A stretch of DNA of 64,000 nt from Flavobacteriales bacterium (GTDB taxonomy: Bacteria > Bacteroidota > Bacteroidia > CAIKAF01), in NCBI GenBank assembly GCA_022402535.1, contig JAKRSD010000007.1, forward strand, positions 13,110 through 77,109. Direction: 5' to 3'. Position numbers and translations under genes: made by a program. The notes below the pieces were generated by a model. The model did not search any database, had not been told where the DNA came from, and saw only the letters and a list, made by a program, of their open reading frames with translations. Shown here piece by piece: positions 42,222 to 50,773 of the stretch. Numbering within the stretch: position 1 is the stretch's first letter; each line of letters opens with the position of its first letter.

Positions 42222-42951
42222 GGTATTTTTTCGTTTCGGCCAGGCCGAGTAAAGCTAAATTTTGGCGCACAAATATGGCATTTTTAAACCGGCCTTCAAA
42301 AACTTCTGCATCACCACCCGTAACCAACACCCGGATTCCCGGGTAACGGTTTCTATAGAGATCCGCCATCCCCAGCGCTTCTGCCAGTAATCCCAGCATA
42401 GCTCCGATATGCATGCTTTCCGCGGTGGATTTCCCTTCGGGTGATTCCGGAAATTTTTCTGACCGGGTCAATAACGGCAGTTTTGCCGTAAAAGTATGCA
42501 TGGATTTATAACGCATATTTAACCCCGGCGATATGGAGCCGCCCCGGTAGCAGCCATCTTGGGTGAGCATATCGCACTTGAGGCAGGTGCCAAAATCGAG
42601 AATGAGTACATCCTCTCCCGGATACAACACTCCGGCACCGATTGCCGAAGCCAGACGGTCGGTTCCCAGGGTATGGGGAGTCTCGTAATCGATACGGACA
42701 GACAAAGGCAAATCCGTGGTGAAACGGGTGAGCCGTAGCATCTGCTGCCAAGATTGTTCGGTTTCGGCATCCACGTCGCCCACGGAGGAATAAAGGCCAC
42801 CTTCTAAGGTATCTATAGAAATAAGGGAAGAAACCCTGGATAAAACCTCTTGGGGAGCAGACGTAAACGTGTGAACCGGATTAAAATCCGGGTCGGTAAT
42901 GAGGCCTTTGGTGGCCGTATTTCCATGATCTAAAAACAGAAAATGTCGCAA
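42196..42951 (-). CDS. coaX: Type III pantothenate kinase
   Basis: MRHFLFLDHGNTATKG (DxGNT ASKHA motif). 251 aa. Confidence 0.85.
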   Translation of the reverse strand: MRHFLFLDHGNTATKGLITDPDFNPVHTFTSAPQEVLSRVSSLISIDTLEGGLYSSVGDVDAETEQSWQQMLRLTRFTTDLPLSVRIDYETPHTLGTDRLASAIGAGVLYPGEDVLILDFGTCLKCDMLTQDGCYRGGSISPGLNMRYKSMHTFTAKLPLLTRSEKFPESPEGKSTAESMHIGAMLGLLAEALGMADLYRNRYPGIRVLVTGGDAEVFEGRFKNAIFVRQNLALLGLAETKKYHANNPDTL

Positions 42952-42996
42952 ATACAGGCAATTGAGTGTGCAAAGGTAATTTTTTTGCCCGAAAAT

Positions 42997-43026
42997 TTTG
43001 TGATACGTGAATCGGTTTTATCTTTG
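42997..43026 (+). promoter_or_regulatory. Putative Bacteroidetes sigma-A promoter for tRNA-Phe: -33 TTTG (42997..43000) and -7 TATCTTTG (43019..43026)
   Basis: TTTG-N18-TAnnTTTG arrangement ending about 18 nt before the tRNA 5' end. Matches the Bacteroidetes consensus only from memory; not verified. Confidence 0.4.
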
Positions 43027-43043
43027 CACCCTCTTAATGAGAA

Positions 43044-43116
<73 letters not shown>

Positions 43117-43121
43117 CCGAA

Positions 43122-43150
43122 AAACCCTGCACTCTGCGGGGTTTTTTATT
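43122..43150 (+). terminator. Rho-independent terminator-like hairpin after tRNA-Phe
   Basis: CCCTGCA-ctc-TGCGGGG stem (one G-U wobble) followed by TTTTTTATTTT. Confidence 0.5.
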
Positions 43151-43373
43151 TTGCATTGTGTTCATTTTACAATACCAACCAATTTGAACCTTTTTTACAC
43201 GCAAGGGTATAAATACCCGAACGCTTAGTAATTTTATGCCATGAACTTCTGTAAATCGGACTTTTCAGCCGAGTCTCTCCTATATGGGTTCGGATTGTCA
43301 ACAACAGCAACACACAACCCTATTGTGCGGGAAAACGTAAACGAAATGTTTAATAAATCAAGAACTTGGCGGC

Positions 43374-44423
43374 ATGAATAAACTGAACACGATTCTTCCG
43401 TTACTCTTTCTTTTCTTCAGTTCTCAGGCACAAGCAAAACTTCGTCCCTGTTATCTGAGTATGTCGTTGAGTGCTTCGAAAACTAAATTCACCACCTCCG
43501 AACCGGTGCAAATTAATGTCACCCTAACCAACGGAAACAACCGATCGCATTCCATCCTGGTTCCGGGAAATCAATCCAAGGGGTTGAAATTGATTTACTT
43601 TTCGTGGTATACGGTGGATGAAAAGAACTTTTACACCGAAGTACACCGCGATTCGAGAATCATTTTGATGGATACCGCCGTAAAAGGCTACGTAAATTTT
43701 AACCGGCTGCAGCCCAAAGAATCCACCACGGTTCCGTTTTTCTTCAACGATGCTAAAAACGCCTCAAAACGAATCACTTCAAACTATAAAACGCCCCAAT
43801 TACCTCCCGGAAAATATAAAATATTGGCCTGGTATTATCCCTGGGACGAAGAGTTTTCGAAATATGCGTTTAACAAATTTGATTGGCATGGGAATATAGA
43901 CTCCACCGCCTACAATGAAGAATTTTTAGACTTGTCCGAAGCCGGAATCAATAGCCCCTACTTTGATATAGAAATTGTCGCCGAACCGGTTCCTGTACCT
44001 GAAAATTACACTTCCGAATGTGGTAAACATTGTTTTATATGCCGGGCTATAGAGCAGGAACACTGGGGTGTCATAAAACGAAAGATCCGACGTGATTCGC
44101 GTTTTGTGAATGAAATCAATTTGGGAAACCATTTGAAAAATGATACCAATGGTATATGGCAAAAAAAGCACAGAAACATCGTGTATGTGGGCGATACGCC
44201 GGATGCGATATTGGCTTCGCTGCCCAGTTTTTTATCGCGTGAAATTATTTTTCAAAACAAAAACGGAATCCATTATTTTGATCTCACCTGGCAATTGGGA
44301 AAAATCAGCAGAGTCGGTTCCCGGTTGAATACCTTTCTGTATATGATCGGACTAAAAAAACTTCGGGTTAGGGATTCTAAAGTGGATTATTCCCGTTTGA
44401 AATACATGCAAAAAACAGAGTGA
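43374..44423 (+). CDS. Hypothetical secreted protein (no recognised family)
   Basis: MNKLNTILPLLFLFFSSQAQA signal peptide. 349 aa. Lower GC than the flanking core genes. Confidence 0.5.
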   Translation: MNKLNTILPLLFLFFSSQAQAKLRPCYLSMSLSASKTKFTTSEPVQINVTLTNGNNRSHSILVPGNQSKGLKLIYFSWYTVDEKNFYTEVHRDSRIILMDTAVKGYVNFNRLQPKESTTVPFFFNDAKNASKRITSNYKTPQLPPGKYKILAWYYPWDEEFSKYAFNKFDWHGNIDSTAYNEEFLDLSEAGINSPYFDIEIVAEPVPVPENYTSECGKHCFICRAIEQEHWGVIKRKIRRDSRFVNEINLGNHLKNDTNGIWQKKHRNIVYVGDTPDAILASLPSFLSREIIFQNKNGIHYFDLTWQLGKISRVGSRLNTFLYMIGLKKLRVRDSKVDYSRLKYMQKTE

Positions 44424-44424
44424 G

Positions 44425-45167
44425 CCTGACATTTATCGTCGGTGGTCGAACAACATGTTACATGGAATTTTTTAAAATATATTAATCCTTTCATTTCTAT
44501 TTTCTGCAATTCAACATTTCTTTTTAGCGCTCGCCGCGGGGCATTCTTTTTTCCTTGATGAAAAAAGAATCAAAAAACCGAGGCGAAGCCGAGCTCACGA
44601 CTTCCAAATAACAAATAGACAAAAAGGAGTAAATCAAGGCTGCGGATTTTTGGCGACCCACATCCGTCTCAATTCCTAAAGGGTGGGAAGCCGGCCCCTG
44701 CGGTGCCTTTTGACCCACCCTTCTGACGGAATTTTCGCCGTGTGGGTACCCCGCCAATAAATCCGATGCCGTCCGGAGACGGAAGCCCTGCTTTCGGCAG
44801 CGTAGGAAGAAAAAGGCGTTAAGAAACGGCGAAGCCTTGGAGGCGTTTTAGCCTTTTTCTTCCGGTGCTTTGCAACGCCTCCGGAAGCAGTGCCCTTTCT
44901 TTGTTTACTTTCTTTGGGCAATTCAAAGAAAGTAAAAGCCCGCCCGGCTTGAGGGCCATTAAAAAAGGTGTCAAACAACATAACGTTTAGTATTCGCATA
45001 CCCGTTACCCTTCGAGTTACAAAGCCGGTCTGACGGACCGTTTTGCCCTCAGGGCAACGGAACCAGCGTGAGAGCGGGGATTTGGTATAATATAACCCTA
45101 TTCGCTGACCCCGTAGGGGTCGAATATCGGTAGAATAAACCCTGACATTTATCGTCGGGGGTCGAAT
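44425..45167. repeat. 26-bp direct repeats (44425..44450 and 45142..45167, 25/26 identical: CCTGACATTTATCGTCGG[T/G]GGTCGAA) bounding a 717-bp non-coding, GC-normal segment rich in nested inverted repeats
   Basis: Read directly from the sequence. Inside the segment several helices nest. ACCCACA/TGTGGGT encloses TCCGTC/GACGGA, which encloses AAGGGTGGG/CCCACCCTT. GGAGGCGTT/AACGCCTCC and GACCCC-gta-GGGGTC also form stems. The motif GGGGTCGAATA occurs three times. No credible ORF on either strand. Confidence 0.6.
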
Positions 45168-45456
45168 ATAATGTAAAGATTACGTTTTTTATATTTCGCC
45201 CCTATGGGGCTATTGTTGCATGGTCATACATTTCGGCTACCAATATGCCGCCCCTATGGGGCTATATACGCCATATGCGCAGAGCATTACCCCTGCCAAT
45301 TTACAAAAACTTTTTAACAACAAAAGGGGAAAAAGCTCCAAACTGATATATTTGAAAAAAATGCCACATTGTATACAATAAAAAAAGCATTAAGATGCAA
45401 CAATTAATAAACCACTAAACAAATCAATATAAAAGCGGATTTAAAAAAATTAAAGT

Positions 45457-46050
45457 ATGACTACATATATAATCATTTCAATTGTAATAATTACAGTGTT
45501 ATTTTTTTTACTTCGAAAAAATAATAATAACACACAAATCAACACGAAATCTGCTAGTTCATTAGTTAAGAATCCTAATTCAACACCGTTTTCGCTTTGT
45601 TCTAAAAATTCAATTTCCGTTGCATTCAAGAATATAGATATGTTAACAAAGAATAACGAAAGGGATGAAAGATTGTATAAGTCATTCCAATCATTAAAAT
45701 GCAGCAAGAATGATTTAAAAAAAAGTTTTTATTTTCTTAAAGATTGTATTTACTTCTGCAAAAATGAGCCTATCTATAACAATATGGAATTACTTGCTAA
45801 TTTAAATTTTTTAGAGACTCAAGTTAATCTTTATTATTTAGACACAGCCTCAGAAGAAATACCTCATGATGAAATTGAAAATTATGAATTCGGCAAGAAG
45901 TTTAACCTCGACAAGGGTATAGAAAATAAAGAACTTGAGGATCTTAAACTCATTTATTGGAGAGGTAAAGAACATTGGGAATTTTGGGTGGACAAATATG
46001 GGATTAATAATGATTTAGGAAAATATTGTATTTCTCAAGCGAGAAAATGA
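45457..46050 (+). CDS. Hypothetical membrane-anchored protein in the AT-rich islet (N-terminal TM helix, ~170-aa cytoplasmic/exposed domain)
   Basis: MTTYIIISIVIITVLFFLL TM anchor. About 27% GC and lysine/asparagine-rich, unlike the core genome. No motif recognised. Confidence 0.45.
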   Translation: MTTYIIISIVIITVLFFLLRKNNNNTQINTKSASSLVKNPNSTPFSLCSKNSISVAFKNIDMLTKNNERDERLYKSFQSLKCSKNDLKKSFYFLKDCIYFCKNEPIYNNMELLANLNFLETQVNLYYLDTASEEIPHDEIENYEFGKKFNLDKGIENKELEDLKLIYWRGKEHWEFWVDKYGINNDLGKYCISQARK

Positions 46051-46321
46051 AATAAATGAATGTTAGCAACAAAAAAATGTAATACTAAAGAAAGGTAAAT
46101 AAAGATGACACTGAAAGTAATTATTTAAATGAAATTTGAGAAAAGTGAATTTTTAAATGATTAATGTATTGCTATATAGAATAGTCTAGCACATAACATT
46201 CAGCAGTTTTTGTTGCATAGTAAAACTAATTGATTTAAATATAGAAAAATAGATATTAATTATTTATATTTTCAATCTTCGATGTTGCCTTTATGTCTTC
46301 TTTTAACTATAATTTAATACC

Positions 46322-46876
46322 ATGTTTCATAACTCATCTCAGACAAGATATTTTGTAATAGATAGTACAATTCAAATTGAACATTTAATTTCAAAAACTC
46401 TAGGGATAATCTTAGGAATTGATTGGAAGAACTCAAAATCATTTGGTTTTAAATCAAGCTCTTTAAGTTTTAATCAAAAAGTATTTATCATTCAAGACTT
46501 GGGAAAAAGTGATAAATTATTGGTCGATAAATTAGATTGCTTAATTCAAATACGAAACAAATTTGCTCATGTATATGAAGTTAAAACATTTGAAGATTTT
46601 TTTTCATTATCAACTAGCACAAATGACGTTAAGAAGAAGTTAGAACGATATTACATTTCAGACAATTTGAAAAATGATGAAAATAAATACCAATCTTATT
46701 TTACAAAGTTGACTTATGACATTGTTAATTCATTGATAGCAATAATAATAAATCATGAAGTTGAAAGAGGAAAAAAAAATTACAAGAAAGACTTAAATCA
46801 AAAGGTTGTTAATGAACTTTTTAAATCAGAAGAGGGTAAATTATTTATAAAAAAAATCATTGAGAGTCAAACATAA
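46322..46876 (+). CDS. HEPN-domain protein with Rx4HxY motif (Abi_2/AbiD-F-like or HepT-like); candidate toxin/abortive-infection effector
   Basis: The motif ...LDCLIQIRNKFAHVYEV... has R78-N-K-F-A-H83-V-Y, i.e. Rx4HxY, the catalytic signature of HEPN RNases. 184 aa. About 28% GC. Confidence 0.5.
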   Translation: MFHNSSQTRYFVIDSTIQIEHLISKTLGIILGIDWKNSKSFGFKSSSLSFNQKVFIIQDLGKSDKLLVDKLDCLIQIRNKFAHVYEVKTFEDFFSLSTSTNDVKKKLERYYISDNLKNDENKYQSYFTKLTYDIVNSLIAIIINHEVERGKKNYKKDLNQKVVNELFKSEEGKLFIKKIIESQT

Positions 46877-46910
46877 ATTAGAAACTTTACCTAGGTTAAG
46901 AGTGGCATAG

Positions 46911-47300
46911 ATGCACAACCCTACCCAAATAAAAACATTGCTATTTTCGTTCATGCCCAACAATAACAACAACTCCGATTTTTTCAGTCAGGTGTATCAG
47001 GTGGTGGCGCTCATTCCCAAGAGCAGAGCCACTTCTTACGGGGCCATTGCCAAATATTTGGGCAGTGCCCGCTCCTCGCGTATGGTGGGCTGGGCCATGA
47101 ATGCTTCGCATACAGCCGCACCCGGTTTGCCGGCCCACCGGGTGGTAAACCGCAACGGCGTGCTCACGGGTAAACATTTTTTTGTGGGAGAATCCATGGA
47201 AGAACGGCTTCGCCGCGAAGGCATCCGCATAGAAAATGATCAGATTCTGGATTGGGACAAGGTGTTTTGGGATCCGGGGAAAGAGCTGGGATTAGATTAA
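46911..47300 (+). CDS. Alkyltransferase-like (ATL) protein: MGMT/Ogt DNA-binding domain with the active-site Cys replaced by Ala (start may be at the internal Met 46953)
   Basis: VYQVVALIPKSRATSYGAIA (the MGMT HTH region), then TAAPGLPAHRVVNRNGVLTG aligning to the Ogt PCHRVV motif with C to A. Only the C-terminal domain is present, 115-129 aa. Confidence 0.7.
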   Translation: MHNPTQIKTLLFSFMPNNNNNSDFFSQVYQVVALIPKSRATSYGAIAKYLGSARSSRMVGWAMNASHTAAPGLPAHRVVNRNGVLTGKHFFVGESMEERLRREGIRIENDQILDWDKVFWDPGKELGLD

Positions 47301-47509
47301 TCCACCGGTTTGCAGCGCCACGACTGAAAATAGGTTTCATCGGCGGGCACATTGTTTTCTTTTACCCAGCGGTAATCGCAGGTTTCCAGGGTGTCAATTT
47401 CTTTAATGCCCTGTGCCGTAAGCTCCTCCAGGCGGCAATCATAACAGGAGTTGCAGGCATAGGCCGCCGATAATCCCAACACCATCAATAAAAATCCGAT
47501 TTTTTTCAT
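47297..47509 (-). CDS. Small Cys-rich secreted/lipoprotein (hypothetical)
   Basis: MKKIGFLLMVLGLSAAYAC signal. 6 Cys in the ~50-aa mature part. Confidence 0.4.
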   Translation of the reverse strand: MKKIGFLLMVLGLSAAYACNSCYDCRLEELTAQGIKEIDTLETCDYRWVKENNVPADETYFQSWRCKPVD

Positions 47510-47682
47510 CTTGATAAAGTCCGACAGGTCTCCAAAGATAAACCTTTACCTCTGAAAGGTGTTCATTATACCGACGATACATTAAAAAGGATGTCGGTAT
47601 ACCCTATTGTAAAATTTTAAATCCGTTTACCCTGCTTTAAAATTACAATAGGTAGTACCTTTGCCGTTCAAAACAAATACAC

Positions 47683-48789
47683 ATGAAACCGATAACACAA
47701 GATACACTCATCGCGGCCCTGAAAACCGTGATAGATCCCATCGCTAAAGAAGATTTGATTACTTCGGGCAAGGTGCGATTTTTCGAAATTTTAGACCGTA
47801 CCCTGAATCTGGAAATTGAGGTGCTGAGTCCGGCCCTGCATGTGAAAAAGAAAGTGGAAAACGCCGTAAGGGCAGCCCTTGCGGAAGCTTTTGGCGATGA
47901 TTTTACGCTGAATCTGACCTTAACGGTAAATGTCACCACCCGACGCAGCGGGCAGCAGGATATTCTGCCGGGGGTAAAAAATATTATTGCCGTGGCTTCG
48001 GGCAAAGGAGGCGTGGGCAAAAGCACCGTAGCCGCCAATCTGGCCGTGGCACTGGCCCAAACGGGTGCCAAAGTGGGGCTGGTAGATGCCGACATATACG
48101 GACCTTCGGTGCCGCTGATGTTTGACGTGGAAAACCGCCGCCCCGATGTGCGTAAAATTGACGACAAAAACCTGATTATTCCCGTGGAAAACTACGGGGT
48201 AAAAATGCTTTCCATCGGCTTTTTTGCGGATGTGGCCCAAGCCGTGGTATGGAGAGGTCCCATGGCATCCAAAGCGCTGAAACAGATGTTTATTGATGCC
48301 TACTGGGGCGAACTGGATTATATGCTGATTGACCTGCCTCCGGGCACGGGCGATATCCACCTGACGCTGGTGCAGTCGGTGCCGGTAACGGGTGCCGTGA
48401 TTGTATCCACTCCGCAGAAAGTGGCTCTGGCCGATGTGCAGAAAGGGGTTTCCATGTTCCGCCTGCCGGCCGTGAATGTGCCTGTGCTGGGCGTGGTGGA
48501 AAACATGGCCTACTTTACTCCGGCCGAACTGCCCGAAAACAAATACTACATTTTCGGCAAAGACGGGGTGAAAAACATGGCCGATTCGCTCGAAATTCCG
48601 CTGCTGGGCGAAATTCCGCTGGTGCAGAGCATCCGCGAGGGCGGCGATACCGGAAAACCCGTGGTGCTGGATGAAGCCAATCCGGCGTCGGCGGCGTTTA
48701 AAGAGCTGGCAGAGCAGGTGATTCTGCGGGTAAATGAGCGCAATCTGGAACAACAGCCCACCAAAGTATCGGAAGTTACCCGTTTTTAA
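47683..48789 (+). CDS. apbC: Mrp/NBP35-family Fe-S cluster carrier ATPase ApbC (N-terminal DUF59)
   Basis: P-loop AVASGKGGVGKSTVAANLAVALA. CxxC-type cluster-ligand region. N-terminal MIP18/DUF59-like domain. Confidence 0.9.
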   Translation: MKPITQDTLIAALKTVIDPIAKEDLITSGKVRFFEILDRTLNLEIEVLSPALHVKKKVENAVRAALAEAFGDDFTLNLTLTVNVTTRRSGQQDILPGVKNIIAVASGKGGVGKSTVAANLAVALAQTGAKVGLVDADIYGPSVPLMFDVENRRPDVRKIDDKNLIIPVENYGVKMLSIGFFADVAQAVVWRGPMASKALKQMFIDAYWGELDYMLIDLPPGTGDIHLTLVQSVPVTGAVIVSTPQKVALADVQKGVSMFRLPAVNVPVLGVVENMAYFTPAELPENKYYIFGKDGVKNMADSLEIPLLGEIPLVQSIREGGDTGKPVVLDEANPASAAFKELAEQVILRVNERNLEQQPTKVSEVTRF

Positions 48790-48801
48790 TACTTTTGCCG
48801 C

Positions 48802-49041
48802 GTGGAACATCCTGAGCAGTTAATCCAAAGCATAGAAAAAGCCTTAGACGAAATCCGTCCGTTTTTGAATAACGACGGGGGCGATATTTCGTTGGTGGAG
48901 GTAACCCCCGATATGGTGGTGCGGGTGAAACTGCACGGCAACTGCAAAGAATGCAGCATGAAACTGATGACCATGCGTGCGGGCATTATGGAAACGCTGA
49001 AAAAATCGGTTCCCGGGGTAAAAGATGTGGTAGAGGTATAA
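48802..49041 (+). CDS. NifU-like (Nfu C-terminal domain) Fe-S assembly protein, GTG start
   Basis: ...DGGDISLVEVTPDMVVRVKLHGNCKECSM... The CxxC in the context GxCxxC is the Nfu signature. Confidence 0.7.
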   Translation: MEHPEQLIQSIEKALDEIRPFLNNDGGDISLVEVTPDMVVRVKLHGNCKECSMKLMTMRAGIMETLKKSVPGVKDVVEV

Positions 49042-49106
49042 CCTGCCCGCTTCCCTTTCTTCTATTCATATTTCAAACATTGTGCGGTCGATTTTGTTAA
49101 TCGGAA

Positions 49107-49277
49107 ATGAAACGTACTCTGAAACAGCATCTGCCCCAAAAGGATTGCGTGGTGTGTAAACGGCCGTTTACCTGGCGCAAAAAATGGGAAAAGAACTGGG
49201 AAGAGGTAAAATATTGCAGTAACGCATGCCGGACAACCCACAAAAAATCCTCCGCCTCCTCCTCGGCGATCAGCTGA
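49107..49277 (+). CDS. DUF2256-family small zinc-ribbon protein (not in the supplied ORF track)
   Basis: ATG 49107 gives [47 protein letters not shown] The CxxC...C..C and FTWRKKW pattern is the DUF2256 signature commonly found next to photolyase-related genes. Overlaps the next gene start by 52 nt. Confidence 0.65.
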   Translation: MKRTLKQHLPQKDCVVCKRPFTWRKKWEKNWEEVKYCSNACRTTHKKSSASSSAIS

Positions 49278-50773
49278 ACAGCCGCCATTCGTGGTTTGCC
49301 ACCGTGCGCCCCGATGTGGTGTACGTGCTCATGGAAATCCGTCAGGAAACCGATTATGCCCTGCACCATATTCAGAAAGTAACGGCCTTTTTTGCCGCCA
49401 TGCGCCATTTTGCGCAAGAATTGAAATCGGCAGGACATCAAGTGCATTATATTACCCTTTCGGATGCGGAAAACCGACACAATTTCAAAGAAAATATAAC
49501 CGAATTACTTAAAATATATAACGCTACAACGCTGGAATATCAACTGCCCGACGAATATAGACTCGATGCATATTTTAATACCGAATTGCGTTCGATTCCC
49601 GCAGAAATCAAGGTTTGTGATACAGAGCATTTTTATACCACCCGCACCGAACTGGGTGATTTTTTTCGGGGGAAAAAACAATTCCTGATGGAAAGTTTTT
49701 ACCGCCATATCCGCACAAAGCACAATTTGCTGATGGAAGGCGGAAAACCCCTGACGGGCGTTTGGAATTACGACAAAGAAAACCGTAAAAAACTACCCAA
49801 AAATCATGTGCCGCCGGCTCCGCTGATTTTTGAAAACCGGGTGGAAACGATCGTGAACGAAATAGAACAGGCGGGCGTAAAAACCATGGGTAATATAAAT
49901 CCCGAACAGTTTGTATGGCCTGTGAACCGAGAACAATCCTTACAACTGCTGGATTATTTTGTGCGGCATTGCCTGGAGCATTTCGGCACCTTTCAGGATG
50001 CCATGACACCCGGCGGATGGAGCCTGTATCATTCGCGGCTTTCGTTTTCCATGAATGTGAAAATGCTTTCGCCCCAAGAAGTGATAGAAACCGCCATACA
50101 AGAATGGAAAAAAAGGCCGGAAACCATTTCGTATAACCAACTGGAAGGTTTTGTGCGGCAGATTGCCGGATGGCGCGAATATATGCGCGGAATTTATTGG
50201 CACCATATGCCCGGCTATGCGGAGTTAAATTATTTCGGGCATGAAAATAAACTGCCCGCCTGGTATTGGAACGGAAAAACTAAGATGCACTGCCTGCGCG
50301 ACAGCATTACCCAATCGCTCGATTATGCCTATGCACACCATATACAACGGCTGATGATAACGGGCAATTTTGCACTGTTGGCGGGCGTACATCCCGATGA
50401 AACGGATGCCTGGTATCTGGGCATTTATATAGATGCGCTGGACTGGGTGGAAATTACCAATACCCGGGGCATGAGTCAGTTTGCCGACGGAGGCATTGTG
50501 GGCACCAAACCGTATGTGAGTTCGGCGGCTTATGTAGATAAAATGAGCCATTACTGCGGAAGCTGTTATTACGACAAATCGAAAAAAACGGGCGAAAGGG
50601 CTTGTCCGTTTAACAGCCTGTACTGGAATTTTTATCACCGGCACGAAGATAAATTGGGCAATAATCCGCGCATCGGCATGATGTACTCCGTGTGGCACAA
50701 GATGAAACCCGAAGAAAAAAATGCATTGTTGAACCAGGCTGAAAAATACCTGAAAAATGTAGATGAATTATGA
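49226..50773 (+). CDS. FeS-BCP family cryptochrome/photolyase (PhrB/CryB-like, probable (6-4) photolyase with a 4Fe-4S cluster)
   Basis: N-terminal [12 protein letters not shown] typical of the PhrB family. 515 aa. Four clustered Cys (..C...[21 protein letters not shown]..) correspond to the Fe-S ligands of FeS-BCPs. Confidence 0.8.
   Translation: MPDNPQKILRLLLGDQLNSRHSWFATVRPDVVYVLMEIRQETDYALHHIQKVTAFFAAMRHFAQELKSAGHQVHYITLSDAENRHNFKENITELLKIYNATTLEYQLPDEYRLDAYFNTELRSIPAEIKVCDTEHFYTTRTELGDFFRGKKQFLMESFYRHIRTKHNLLMEGGKPLTGVWNYDKENRKKLPKNHVPPAPLIFENRVETIVNEIEQAGVKTMGNINPEQFVWPVNREQSLQLLDYFVRHCLEHFGTFQDAMTPGGWSLYHSRLSFSMNVKMLSPQEVIETAIQEWKKRPETISYNQLEGFVRQIAGWREYMRGIYWHHMPGYAELNYFGHENKLPAWYWNGKTKMHCLRDSITQSLDYAYAHHIQRLMITGNFALLAGVHPDETDAWYLGIYIDALDWVEITNTRGMSQFADGGIVGTKPYVSSAAYVDKMSHYCGSCYYDKSKKTGERACPFNSLYWNFYHRHEDKLGNNPRIGMMYSVWHKMKPEEKNALLNQAEKYLKNVDEL

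Noticed and set aside
44524-44999. Minus-strand ORFs of 77 and 107 aa (Arg-rich) inside the repeat-bounded 717-bp segment
   Set aside because: The translations are low-complexity and basic (RRGRL, KKKAKTPPRLRR), with no start context or homology signal. The region is better explained as structured non-coding DNA/RNA.
44425-45300. Tested the idea that the structured segment is RNase P RNA, tmRNA or SRP RNA
   Set aside because: The universally conserved motifs are absent: no GGAAAGTCCGGGCTCC P4 region, no tmRNA tag ORF ending in ..ALAA with a tRNA-like 3' end, and no SRP GGAA tetraloop context. Only a superficial GGGAAGCCGG similarity to P4 was seen.
47920-48810. 296-aa minus-strand ORF (and other antisense ORFs at 47643..48167 and 48546..48764) inside the apbC region
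   Set aside because: It is entirely antisense to a high-confidence, strongly conserved ApbC CDS. The translation is Arg/His/Gly-rich and low-complexity, typical of GC-rich antisense frames.
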